Shown piece after piece: positions 36,277 through 49,745 of a DNA stretch of 64,000 bases. Position 1 is the first letter of the stretch, and each line of letters opens with the position of its first letter. This stretch comes from Somniosus microcephalus. Its lineage: Eukaryota. Location: assembly GCA_052327205.1 (NCBI GenBank), contig CM126210.1, positions 163,246,001-163,310,000 of the forward strand, in the 5' to 3' direction. A program made the translations under genes and the position numbers. Below the pieces are notes generated by a model. The model did not search any database, was not told the DNA's origin, and worked only from the letters and a program-made list of their open reading frames with translations.

Positions 36277-36350
36277 AAACATAGGAGCAGGAGTAGGCCA
36301 TTCGGCCCTTCAAGCCTGCTCCGCCATTCAACGAGATCATGGCTGATCAT
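36277..36350 (-). mobile_element. CR1 3' tail fragment
   Basis: AAACATAGGAGCAGGAGTAGGCCATTCGGCCC...GATCATGGCTGATC. Confidence 0.7.
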
Positions 36351-36372
36351 CCAAACCTTAGCACCTGGTCCC

Positions 36373-36635
36373 TACACCGACAGCCATCCCACACAAGCCC
36401 TATCCCCGTAACCCCATGTATTTAATCCCCCCTAACACTAAGGGTCAATTTTTTTTTATCATGGCCAATCAACCTAACCCGCACATCTTTGGACTGTGGG
36501 AGGAAACTGGAGCACCTGGAGGAAACCCACGGAGAATGTGCAAACTCCACACAGACAGTCACCCAAGGCCGGATTTGAACCCGGGTCCCTGGCGCTGTGA
36601 GGCAACAGTGCTAACCACTATGCCACCGTGCTGCC
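36373..36635 (-). mobile_element. tRNA-derived V-SINE (shark HE1-like)
   Basis: Minus-strand A box TGGCATAGTGG, B box GGTTCAAATCC, and V-domain GTGTGGAGTTTGCACATTCTCC...GGGTTTCCTCC.GGTGCTCC.GTTTCCTCCCACAGTCCAAAGA. A second copy lies at 52.5 kb. Confidence 0.85.
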
Positions 36636-39600
36636 ACAGTGATGTAAACTTGGATAATCTGCTGGATGATAGTGATGGGGTAGAAAGTATGCCAGTTAAA
36701 GCATCCAGCAAGCACCTCAAACTGCAAAAAAAAACCTTGAACTATTTTGCTAGCAGTCAGTAAAACCATTTGGATAAATCTGCGAGTATGTCAGGACCCC
36801 AACGTGTACATGGAGCACTGAAATAGCAAAGATGGAAGTGGATTGTGTTTGTTGTGATTTTTAAAAATTATATGCATGCAATTTCAAACAGTATCAAAGA
36901 TGTATTTTGATATTTTGCAAATATCAAACACAGAAAACACAAGGTCACCTTTACTTATTTGTCAAGTTGGAGCAAGCAACGCAAATCTAGCTGCAATTGG
37001 GAATTTCTGAATCAAAAATCATTCAAACACTGGGTTTTCTTAAATCGTTCAATTCTGTACAAAATTAGAATAAATCAGAAAAACAAATAATTTAGATTTG
37101 ATTGGTGAGTGACTGGGTAGCAGTGTGGGTTACAAAAATTTCCTTCCATCTGGAAATCCACGTTTGAATCTAGTTGGTCACGAAGTTGAAGGCACTTGGA
37201 ATTTTGCAACCAATGTGAGACAATTTTCACGTTTACATGTGAAGGTTAGCTACGCATTTACGCTCACATGCCACGAACCTGAGAGCCAAGCGGTGCGGAC
37301 CCGACAGTATAACTCATTCTTTGCGGCTTGTACCGCTCGAAAGTGGCTACCAATGTCAAACAAGTACCCGCAGTAAAAACGGAGCAAAACCTGGGAATGT
37401 TTGATGCTGGTGCCAAAAATGAAACATATGTTTAATCTGATTAAAATAATATAATTAACATTTTTAGCTATGGGAAAATGTGTTTCAGTATGCGAATCTT
37501 CTCATTTAGAAATATTTCCCAGCATGTTTATTTATTGAGCATGTAAAATAGTATAACTCATAATTACGCTATAGTGCAGGAATATCAGAAATAATGCTCA
37601 ATACAAGATTTAATCTTTGACATTGCCCGCGATGTGAAAATTTATGCATAAATTTAGTTAGAAACAATCTGAGGCAAGGTTAACCTTGTAGATTACAATG
37701 TCACTTTTGAAAAATGTGCCTTTGCCACTCACACAAGTTCTTCACAATAGCCCAAATGAGGAATTACATAGGATTACATAGGATCTTTTGTTACATTACA
37801 TGGAGACTGGACAAAGCACTATTTCAAATATCATAACCCGAATTTATTTTCATCTACATACAAAATAGTAGCAAACAGCATTTAAATACGGCAAAACTAC
37901 AGTTGTTTACGTATTCATCAAGTTAATTAGACGAGCAGATGTGGGTGCTTAATCTTTCCCATCTCCCCATTAGTGGCAACCCATTCACAATTTAGCATCA
38001 TGGCCTGATTGCAAATTACAGATCGACTGTTACACCGGGTCCAAATAGGATAATGTATACAAAGAACATATCTTTTCAGTGTACACATTTCTGTTTTATT
38101 TCAAATTTCAAGACATCATCAATTTTAGTGCAGTCTAATTGTACGCAGGATTAAAAAAAATAAAAATAGCTTTTATTAGAAACTTACTTGCCAATCTGTC
38201 ACCACGAGAAGTTTTAATTACAAAGGCGAGTGTTTGCTCAGTTCAGATATCCACGCACACGGAGATCAGAACAGACTTTTATCTTCAATTTGTTGAAACT
38301 ACCCTTCACCGTAAAAATAGGCGTCATCAAAGAAGAAGATTTTATCGTGATGGTTATGTAAACAACAATGTGCAATATTTACCACCTGTTATTGTTTTTA
38401 AAGTAAAAGAACATTCAAGTTGAAGGACAGTGTTTGCTTACACGAATACTGGACTTGGGTCTCCAAATTTGGAAAGCAAGACCCAGCCAGCTACCAACAA
38501 ACAGAAACCACCACTAACCCCACTTTAGCTTTCTTTCCGCACATCTCTCCAAAGAAACGGAAGCACTATATATTAACTCAATAACATCATGAGGGTTTTC
38601 ACTGTAGCATGTTAGCACAGTAAGGAGATCGCTCCCACTGCAGCTGATGGCAGTAAACTGTCTATTGTCAAGTATTATTATGGTTACTCAATGTATCATT
38701 GTCAGTTATTGTTGGTCGGGCTTCCTGCTATAATAGTGGGCCTTTTCCCCCCCAAAATTGAACGCGAATGAACAAAATTCAAGAAGCACGAACTACATCG
38801 ATTTAACCGAGACAACAACTTTGAAAGTGCTCAATCAACTACAACTCGTTTTCTGCCAGATCCTACCAGCAGAATCCTGCTGACCCAAGCACATCATTAT
38901 CAATCTTCCGTCCTTTTACAGGAGCCTTTGGGTAGTTTTGCAGAAACTCTACTGGCGATGTTCAAAATAAATGTGTTGTAGGTATGAAAGAAGATTTTGG
39001 ACTATGCAATAACGTTCTGACTAGTGAATTTAGGTTTCCCTCCGCACTTCTTATCAAAACCTTCGCTTTCTTCCATCTACCGTGGTTTTGAAATGACTGA
39101 GGCCGCTCAGCGAGTACTCCCAACTATAATATCGGTGTCAACTGGGTTTTCTTTGCAGGGATACTGCAGTTATAGTGTAAATAGATTATAAATCCGGCGT
39201 CAGGGCCTGACCTGATTCCCTAACCAAGTGAGTGAGACTCCGTAAAGGAGGGGCCTCTAAACGTTTAAATTCATATCAGGTGGGATTAAAAATGTGACAG
39301 GGATCTAATGAGCCCCAAAACACTTTGTAAACCAGTTTTGATGTTGTGCTGAATTTACACTCTGCAGTCTCAAACCCAAGCAGCGTCAAACGCCCTTCTC
39401 TGGGAGTTCCATCCTCTTCGCTCCAGGGTTGGGTTGTGGTTGGGCCGACTTTGGATGTGCACTGTAAGCGTAGCATCTTCAAAGAATACGAAGTTCTTTC
39501 TCCCAGTGCCCTATGTAAAGCATATTCGTGGGGCCTGGTTGGGCACAAAATGGCTGATGCATTTTACCTATACAAAGTTTTGAACTTTAAACTGGTTTAT

Positions 39601-42600
39601 TGCATGTGCAGTGCTTTGAGATGCTTTGGAAGACGTGGTAAGCCACTCATGCAATTTTTCAAAATTATTTTCTAAACCAACCAAATCTACGACAGCTGCC
39701 GATATAACGCATGTTCTTGTGGTCAGCAAAATACCTGACACCATCATTTTGTCACCAAATGTCGAGTTATACCAGCAAGTTCTCATTTACTTTTAATATC
39801 TCGTAGAAATTGATCAAATCCAAATTGGTTACGGACAGCACATTGATTTTCTTTCGATTCCAATACTTTGTTCATTTGTCCTCAAATCTAGTGCCTAGTG
39901 AGGCTTTTATTAAAATCATGTTTCTTTGTAAGTGGGACATGAATTGATCACATCAGTTTTACTTTTAATTATACAGGAGGCCCTCTTCCCACTCAAACAC
40001 ACACATACAACCCAGAATAAGCCAACAGTTGCTAAATTTGACTGGGATACAAATGGAGATAATTATATCTATTTATTTGAGGGGGAAATACTGTTCCACT
40101 TAAAAGCTTAACAAATAAAATCTTGGGGAAATATACTTTACTGTATAAAACAGCAAAATGCCACTTCCCATGTGACAGCTTAGAATAATTTGCATTTGCA
40201 GGAACATTAACATTCGCCATCTCACCTACAGATTTGAATCTCGCTCTTACCTCTCCTCACTCTTGGTAGTGGACAGTACTTAGTGTATCACAATCTGAAG
40301 TGCAGTCCTTGCTGTCCCAGTTTCTCTAAAAACTTAGCTTCCAAACCTTTACCGTTCCTCTGTGAGCTTATGCTCTGGGCCTTCCGTCCTGTTGAGAATT
40401 TCTCCTTTCCACTCTATAATATTATGCTTGATTGGCTATATAGATATATGTCTGGTTTTGCTGCTCTGTTTTCTAACCATACAGTTCATAAAATTAAATG
40501 TCTGGAATTCAGCTGGCAGATCTGCATATGTATTGGGAGCCCTCTGGCTAGTTTGCTCAAGCATTCGTTGTTGTAGTCTAATTGGGAGTCAGCTGACTGG
40601 TTTGGTTGGCATATGCATTGGAAACACCTGAGAGAAATCAGCTGGTTAGAAGCAGTAGGAGGCCTTTCAATGGTAGGAGACAGTAGCCACTTTGTACATT
40701 TACTGACACTATGGCCATTCATTATCATGTGGGAATTGTAATCTAATTTGGGTTGCATATTGGAGTTCAACATATGAACTCCAAATATGAGAATCAGCTG
40801 TCCAGGTAGGGTTTGTGAAGACTTTGGAAAGTGGGTGGGAAGCATATACAATGAGGCCAGGATGTTCAAAGGTCCAACAGAGAATATCACATTGTTTAAT
40901 CTCATTGGGTAAGTTTACTATCTTGTAAATCTTAAATGTTTGTTCTGTGCTAAATTTTATTTAGTATATAATGAAGTTCAGAACTATCACACTGGCTACA
41001 TCTTAGAGAATTCACTTTGCTGTCTTTGGATTCTCAGAGAAGACAGATTCAACATACACATTTAAAAAATATTTAGTGTTAGTCCTTTATTATAGTGACC
41101 TGGAGCTGAAATTTTTGTCTTTGTTCATTGCAGTAGAAAACGAGAAGCGAGTAGAAACTGGTATTCTACAACTTTTTGTTGACCTCTACTTTTTGTTAAA
41201 ATTAGCAAAGCCAGAAATTTTGGTTCATGGTACATTTGATCACATCCTCATTCATTCTTGGGCTGAAGGTATATTGCACGACTGGCTTAAGACCAGTAGC
41301 TTTAGAGTGCAAAATGCAGCCAGCACATTTGTGTTGTATTTTGGGTTACAAATTTCATTTCCCCCCAACAAGTGCACTGTACTTGCATGCATACTCACAC
41401 CAAGCTCTGGTAAAATTACAAGTGTCAATTTTCTTGACCTTTGTCTCTGGGGAACACCCATTCCCTGGGTGCAAAGAGAAGGAAAAAGGGGCCAGAAAAC
41501 CCATTGCTTTGGCTCTCTGCCAGCTTTATGAGGTTGCAGGTTTTCCAAAGGAGTGCGGGAGGCAGAACATGGCCTGTGACTACAATAGGAAGAGCGATTT
41601 CTGGCTTCTTTCTCCTGGACTTCTGATCGTGGGACACATTATGAAGCTGGTTTTGGAACTTGCAGCAGGAACCCCCTTAAATTGGAGGGTTTGAGAGGGG
41701 CAGGTAACAAGCTGAAGAGGAACTCCAAAGTATGTTTAACATTAAAAAAAAACTTTCGTAGTGGCTCTTCCGACCTTCTGGCTGTTGCTTTTTAGCAGTA
41801 GCCAGAAGACCCCAAGGATGGCCGTTTCCTGCTCTGGTTTCTGGCACTAGGCCTAGCCAGGGTGGAGAAGCCTACACAGGGAATGCTGAGACTTAGCTTA
41901 GGGCAGGAAATTTAGATAGATGTGGGCCTGTACAGGCACAGCATACTTTAGCTGGGTGCATTGGTCCTTCCCAATGCTGAGGCAGGAAAATTGGACCTGA
42001 ATGTTTTCAGAATGTGAGCAGGAATGTCCTCGCACTCAACGTTAAAATATATTGTAGTAAGGCTAGAAAATGCTCAGAAGGGCCAATGGACTGCCTGACC
42101 AATTTAAAAACTTGGCTTCACACTTTACTGTGGTTATACTGCGGACAGTACTTGACTCCAGTTATGATGGCACTTTCCTGCCATTGAATGTCTGAAACTC
42201 CTTTGCATTGACATGAAAGTACCAGTATAATTACACCCTTGTATGCCTTTAGTTTTAAACCTATTTTAAAACTTCAGAGCATGGTTGCTGTCAAATTTTG
42301 AATGCTACTTACTGGCATTCAGAAATGAACAATTATAAGATCTACTTTTCCACTGTCTACCTACCTATATTTATATAAACACACACCTCTGTATTTAATG
42401 AAGTACACTGTTATAGCATTTAGTATCAGGCAGCATGATGCTTTACAATCACAGCCACAATGAATAATTACAGCTGCAAAGCGGCGAGTGGAGAATTGTG
42501 AAATTGCACTCTTGGAATAGTAAATAGCACCCAGATAATTAGACAATGGCATTGAAAGATTTTATTAACACAAGGAATATTTATAAAAATAATGACTTTC

Positions 42601-45600
42601 TTTAGCATCAAACACAAACTTTATTTTACATCAATAGTCATAGGGATGATACTGCATTGTAACAAGCCTTCAAAAATACAATTCATCAAAAAGTGACTAT
42701 ATTTGTTAACACACTGCACAAGTCACTGTCAAAAATTGCTCAACTGTTCCTAGAAAAAGCATTCACCGATATCGTGCAATCTAATATAGACTAAAGATTC
42801 AACAGAAAGCTGCATTTTAAGTTTAAAAATGGTTAGAAAATCCACCTGGTGTGATAACTTATGTAATCTTTAACAGGAAGCGTTTCTTCATTTTTCTTCA
42901 CCCCTCTGCATCGTTTCTTCAGCTGGGAGGGTAAGAAAACAAGTTGTCAACCCCTTGTATGATTTCCAACAACCGTGCAAATTCATGGCTCGTCCAACCA
43001 AAAGCAGACGGACAGCAGGATGAGATGGGCAGAAGTCTTTTCTGCTGAAATGCACCCCGTGGTCCTATTAACACGTGTCTCACTGATTCTCCTGCAGTGT
43101 GTCACTCACCTCAGGATGGTTTAGATCACAATGCTGTGAAGGAAATTTCTTAATTCTAATCGCTTTGCTGCCAAATTGCTCAGATGTATCAGAACTTTAA
43201 AGGAACTACCTAAAGCACAAGAAGAGTTTTGGAATTCTGACAAATAAAAGCCTACAAAGTCTAAATTGGCAGTACAATGAGTCTTTTATTCATATTTCTT
43301 TTTTCCCCCATTTTTTTCTTTTGGTGTCTACTTCCCTGCAATATGAACATTACCTTCTTGGACATGAAAACACAACAGTTCAGTGGATGCTGATTGGTGC
43401 TAAGCTGCAACGCCAATGCCAGTACTTGGTTAGCCCATATGCTCAAACAATCCAGAGGATATTTCTGACCATGCTATCTCCCATCACCCGCCTCCCTGTT
43501 AGATTTCCTTCCCTTCATCTAATTAGGAAAAGCAAATGTGTGAATTTCCAAGTCAAGTGTTCATTGGTCACATGTTGTAGATAAGCAGGCACTACACAAT
43601 ACCAACACTACGAATGTAACTGCTGAAACTATCCTCTCCCTCCTTTTCAAATGATTAATTTCACTGGTTCATATAAAAGGCTGAATAAACAATAAAAAAT
43701 ATATGGTCAAAGATGCAACTTTGGATTGGTTTACTATGTCCTTTTGAGAGGAAGGGGAACAACATAAATGACAACATTTAAAATAAATCTTAAGATTTTA
43801 TGGTTTTGAACATTATAGGTTTCTTACGGGACCCAATTATGTGCCAGAATTAAAAATGTTTGCTCTTGCAGACCTTTACCGTGGGGATTTACTTTTAAAA
43901 GAGCTCACTCCAAAAGCCTTCTTCAATGCAACAGAGATTTCACAAGGTTGGACAAATGAATAACATTTTCATAACACTGCTCTTGCTCCTAATAAAAAAG
44001 AAACATACAGCTTGTTCATTTCAAAGCCACAGATTGCTAAAGCATTTGCAGCATTAAAATCAGCATCCCGTTGTGTGTAGACTGGTTATTCTTCCAGGCT
44101 ACACACTTTATGCACATATCTTGCAAAAGGGGGAGAAACACATTAAGTTGATAAAGTAAGTAAAATTACTGCTAAATTATTTGTACAGATCCAGCATTAT
44201 AAACAAGGTCTTTTTTCTTAATGCAAATACCAGTCTAGGAAAATCATAGCTGTCAACAATATAGTATATAGTACCTTGGCTTGGAGAACAGATTGTAGCC
44301 TAATACTCCACAATCTATATAGATTTCCAAAATACTGTACATTGCAGTAACATTTAAATAACGCATTATTTTACAAAGTATTTCAAAACATGGAAACATG
44401 TTTTATGCAAAATGGACCCAGAAGACTGACTGAATATTTGTTTTGGTTACTCTCATTAAATGCAAGGTTAGAACAAGTGGTTAGTACAAAAAAGTTAACA
44501 TTTTGGGGACAAAACATAGTTTTCCTGCCCTTCTTCATTCCCATTGTTTTTAATGACAGGATATTTTCACAAAAATGATTTATAACTTATCAGCACTATG
44601 TACAAATATTTACCGATAATGAGGAAAGGAAGTTTTTTTTTACAATTCGATACATATTTCTTAACTTTATCTATATATTTAAACCTGCTTTGAGAGAATT
44701 TAAGGTTACTGGCAATTAAAAGATGTAATGTAATTGTCAACATTTACTCAATCACCACATTTAAAATCATTATAACGTGACTTTAGTGGGTCACCTAAAT
44801 ACCAATGAATTTCCCAGAAATTAATTTGTTAATTTCTTCATAAACCTGCAGTTGCACTACCACTATCTCTTGTGCGAGCAGTTATCAGTCATTAAATACA
44901 CGGAGCACAATATCACATTGACACCAGCTGTGAGACAAGAAATAAGCCCACCTAAACTAAAACAATATGGATTGTAAACAACAGATATCAGGAAGTTATC
45001 TGAATTAGATTACTGCCTCGTGTTCATTCAGAGCTATCCTTGATTCTGCATTTAAATAATTGACTGCAAATTGAGGACTCCATGGAAAGTTGGAAAATTT
45101 ACACCTAAGCATATAGATCAGAGGTTGACCAAAACATATATTAAAGAATATTTCACATTTTTATCATTTATCGTGCAAATAAGCCCATATTCAGCAAATA
45201 CATGGTCATTATTTTTTAAAGCAAATATACAGATGTGTAAATCTGATAAGTAAATCCCTGATTTAAGCTATTCTTTTAAAGTCCAAATTTGTTCCTGATT
45301 TAGCGAGTGCGAATGCAGTTAGGTTCGAAGCAACCTTTATCCATTGCAAAACCCATTTTCATTAATAGGGGGAATTACAATAGAAACTATCTTCTTTCTA
45401 AATATTAGCTAAATACTTTCTAAAAGAACATTTCAGCTTGTTTTAAGAACACATTTCATCATGTATTTAACTCAAATTCCTTGTAGTCTAATTCTGCACC
45501 AGGTTTTATACCTGCATTAAAATAAAGAAAATTAAACTTATTCATTACAAAGCACAAACAAGAAAAACTTATCATGCATAAAATTAATCAAAATATGATT

Positions 45601-47150
45601 TCATAATACATCAATATTTAAAATTTAAACTAATCAACAGATGGAATACAAGGGTCAACTGGTCAATGCAGTTGGTTTAATAGTGTGATTGTTTTTACTT
45701 TAAGCTATGAACACACTTCACACATATAATGCAAGTAATAGTATGTAAAAAATCCAGGTAGATGACATACCCGATTAACTTTACCTAGACAGGGTCCTCA
45801 CTCATTCAGTGCATTCCCAAAATACCCAATTAGAATTAAAATGGTAAAATATGTCAAACTTGAGAAGAGATACAAATCTCAATCTATAATGATATAAAAT
45901 TTTAAACTCTTTTGATATCCAACTTCATGTGACCTTCCGAAATGGCTAAAGTGATTGATTTTTTTTTGGTATGTTGCACAATCTATATGGCAAAGCTTGA
46001 CAAATTGCTGAGTAGACAAGTTTATACAGGTCTTAATTGAATAATGAACAGGCTCCAACACACTGTGTCATGATAGGAAAGTACAACTACAAGCAGTATT
46101 AACTTTTTATTCCTGGCCAATGTAAGCTAAAACTCAGAACGCAAGTCAAACGTAATCAAAGTTGCAGGTAAACATGCTTCATTGTGGATTTATGTCCTTT
46201 AAACATAGGAGAGCAATGGCATGGTTTAAAAGTTTTTACAGAAATGACAATTTATAAAATATGGCTAATTTACACAACATATTTTATCATAATTTTTTTT
46301 AATAACCAACTTTTTTTCTAACAACGCTCCATCCTATTGCATGGCTAAAAGATTTTTGTACTGGGATAATGTGATATGTGAAACATTGTATCAGTACTGT
46401 GAGTAATATCAGTGTAGTGACATTTCAAAATTCCAAGATTTCCCTCAAAAGTTGTGTAAACGTCTGGCCATATACATCAAAACATCCCACCTTCAGCACT
46501 ATGAAGTGCACTGAAAGTTTTAGTTTGCACTAGCAACTCCATTTTTGAGATACACAATTAGTTACTCAGTGAGCGATGTAAATATCAAAATGCAAAACAG
46601 ATTCCCAATGCAAGCTTTCAAACAATGCACTCCTCCTTCTGTCTAAACATCCTTTATATCAACTCTGATTTACACTCATTCCACTAAAGTGAGCTGCTCT
46701 ATAACAGAGGTTTAAAACCTTGTGGCATTTAAAAAATGTGCGTTTGGGGAAGAAAAGTATTTCTTACCTATTTTGAAATTTTACTCATTGTTACTAAAGC
46801 AATTTGTAGTAGGAATCCAGCTGAAAACAGATCTGTTGTTCATCTTGCATCACCTTTAGGTACTTACTGAGTTATTAGAAAGACACCTGTTTGGTTTCTT
46901 GCAAACCTCCACTTTTACTCATTCACATCATATTGTCATCATTAATTTAGTCGCTGGAGCCCAGATCCACTCTGCATGATTGCAACAATTACACCTTTTG
47001 GCACCTTCCCAGGAGGGACTGCAGTGGGAATAGTGTCAAATGGCAAAGGAATTAAGTTTCAAGTTAAGATTCATTTTGTTAAACTCCAGAAACCAAAACA
47101 GGACAAGAGAGCTGATTATCATTTTGGGCAATGAGAAGCAGCAAGGTTGG

Positions 47151-47314
47151 TCACTGAGTGTAACTCTTCTTAATTGACACATTTGGGAAGTTGGCATTGA
47201 GTTCTTGCACCACTCGACTATCAATCTGGGAGCAGAAGGAAACGTCTAGCAGAGAGAGCTCCTTACAGAACTGTAACAGCTTTCGTAAAGCCCCAGGGCT
47301 CACCATTCGTGTTC
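47151..47314 (-). CDS. FBXL4: FBXL4 last coding exon
   Basis: Acceptor CTATAG|GA, phase-compatible with the upstream exon. It translates (G)[53 protein letters not shown], matching the FBXL4 C-terminus. Confidence 0.93.
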
Positions 47315-47540
47315 CTATAGGAAAATGCAGGAAGGAAAATAAGTCATAGGTTAAATAATCTTAAGGAGTTATTTGATATGCAAAAAAATAAGGCTAGTAT
47401 GTCTAGAAGTAGTGTCTGTAACTACATATTTATTTCCTTCAATTGTAACCTTGTATTACAGTCCAATTTATTGGTGAGCAACTTAGTAATCAAGCGTCCT
47501 GGTAACAACAGTGATGGAGCAATTAACTCCCAACGAGAGG

Positions 47541-47975
47541 TTATAGGAATAGGAACATAGGAACAGGCGTAGGCCATTCAGCCCATGGCTGATCTGTATC
47601 TTAACGCCATCTACCCGCCTTGGTTCTGTAACTCTTAATACCCTTGCCTAACAAAAATCTATCAATCTCAGTTCTTAAATTTTCAATTGACCTAGCCTCA
47701 ACAGCTTTTTGGGGGCGAGAGTTGCAGATTTCTACTACCCTTTGCGTGAAGAAGTGATTGCTGACATCACCCCTGAACGGCCTAGCTCTAATTTTGAGGT
47801 TATGCCCCTTGTTCTGAACTCCCCCACCAGAGGAAAGAGAGAATTTCTCTCTATCTACCCGATCAAATCCTTTAATCATCTTAAACACCTCAATTAGATC
47901 ACCCCTTAATCTTCTATACTCAAGGGAATACAAGACTAGTCCAGGCAATCTGTCCTCATAATTTAACCCTTTTAG
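47541..47975 (-). mobile_element. CR1 LINE 3' fragment
   Basis: LYSLEYRRLRGDLIEVFKMIKGFDRVD...FFTQRVVEI and tail repeat ATAGGAAC. Confidence 0.9.
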
Positions 47976-48907
47976 CTTAATTTAAATTTTGTTTAAATCC
48001 CAGCAGCAAATGCCATTCAGGGACAACACTCAAATGTTTCACTAATCACTAGCCCGGCTCCTGGATCGTGCACTTTGTGGCAGCGCCTCAATGAGTATCA
48101 GTAAATACTGACGATCCTTTCCAACTTAAGAGCATTGTCTGCTGGCTGGTCCTGCTGTCCAAACTTAAGATAAAGCAGCAGGATGCACATACAAAACTCT
48201 TCAGACCCTTTTGGAGTAATTTTATATGTTAAGGATTCTCAACGTTAAAATGTGTTCTTTAAATCAGATTATACGACTAGAAATGGCAGGAAACTGTCAC
48301 AGCATGTCTACGTCAGTGTCTAACAGAGCAATCTACAAATGTTAATACACACATCATTCAATTTTCTCAAAACTTGTTAAATCACCTTCTTCCATCAGAC
48401 TCTGGTGGAAGCCACCAGACTGTCTGAAAGCACTAACCTGTTTCCTGAGAATATTTCAAATACTACCAATTTGATCTCCTGTGGCATTACACACAGGGAG
48501 CCAAGGGCACGTGCAGGCTTCAGGTAGCTGGGTTAGAGGCAGGGGAGTAACTGGACCCAGGGCATGGAGACATACTTCAGTCCCCATTATAAAGTCATAG
48601 ATTCAGTACTTATTTTTCTATTTCAATTATAAATTCCTACGAGCATATATATAAATGGGATCTGCCTATGTAAAATGGTTATAATGTAATGACACCATCC
48701 CACCAGTGATAGCACTGCAGCACCTTCACTAAGGGAGGTGCAATTACACCACGGCATAGGCAGGTTCCATTATAAAAGTGGGCACAGGAATTCATAATGG
48801 TTGACAGGAAGTTGAAGCACATGCATACGTAAGGTTTTTAATATATTATAAATATCAATTAACTCAGTCAAGGTAGAGAGACGGCGAAAGAGTGAGAGAG
48901 AATGCAC

Positions 48908-49165
48908 GCTATAATTGGCCTCAGTGTTCCTTGGTGGGGAGAGTAAAAAGAAAATGAGCCAGAGTTCCTGCTCCTGATTCTTATCTAGTGATCCCTGCTG
49001 GAGAACGTGGTTGTTAAGAGGAAGAACAGAATCAGGCTTGATGCTCCTTACAATAAAATAGTCCATCAATATTCTCTACCTAGGCTCACTTATGAAGACC
49101 AGTCACTTGGGGGAGGTACTGGAGGGCTGCTCATACCTGTGGAACTGCGTGCCACCAACAGAAGA
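48908..49165 (+). mobile_element. Old SINE-like interspersed repeat, family not named
   Basis: Shares AAAAT.AGC.AG.GTTCC...TATCTAG.GA.CCCTGCTGGA with the inverted copy at 49530-49745. Confidence 0.5.
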
Positions 49166-49529
49166 CAGAAAGGGGGGAAAAAATAATAAATCTGTGGAAA
49201 ATGTACATATCAAGAACCTTTTGTGCTGCTGACCAAAAGAATCAAAGTATGTGCGTCAGCCAAAATCGTTTATATAAAAAAAAAAGTTGCTCATGATAGT
49301 AGGTTCAAAATAGGCTTTAGTTACTGAGTTTGGTGACATCCTAATAAAGCCTGTTGATAAGCTGGTACTTATATATATCTAAGGTTCCTGCTTTATTTGA
49401 AACTTCGGAAAAGGAAGGCGCTCGTCAAATTTAACATCCAGCAGTATTTTTATTTTCAGTTTTCCAACTGAATTGATGTTTCTTGGCAAGAAAATTTTCC
49501 ACACATCTATCATTTCGTTCTCCCCTCTT

Positions 49530-49745
49530 TTGCCGGTGTCTGGATCCACAGGTGCCAGTAGCCTTCTGGGATCTTGCCCAAGGGGCCTATTTTTATGAGT
49601 AGATCACAGTCAAGCCTGATCATGTTCTAAATAGATGTCAGCACGCATGTTTTCCAGCAGGGGTCGCTAGATAGAGACGCGGACCGGGAACCCTGCTGAT
49701 TTTCCCTCGCTCTAGCCCAGAGGCACGGAGGACAATTGTACTGTC
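49530..49745 (-). mobile_element. Second, inverted copy of the same old repeat
   Basis: The reverse complement TACAATTGTCCTCCGTGCC...GGAAAATCAGCAGGGTTCC...TATCTAGCGACCCCTGCTGGAAAA aligns to 48910-49005. Confidence 0.5.

Noticed and set aside
36560-36635. tRNA gene (also ~52790-52853)
   Set aside because: The A and B boxes are the head of a V-SINE, followed by the V-domain and tail.
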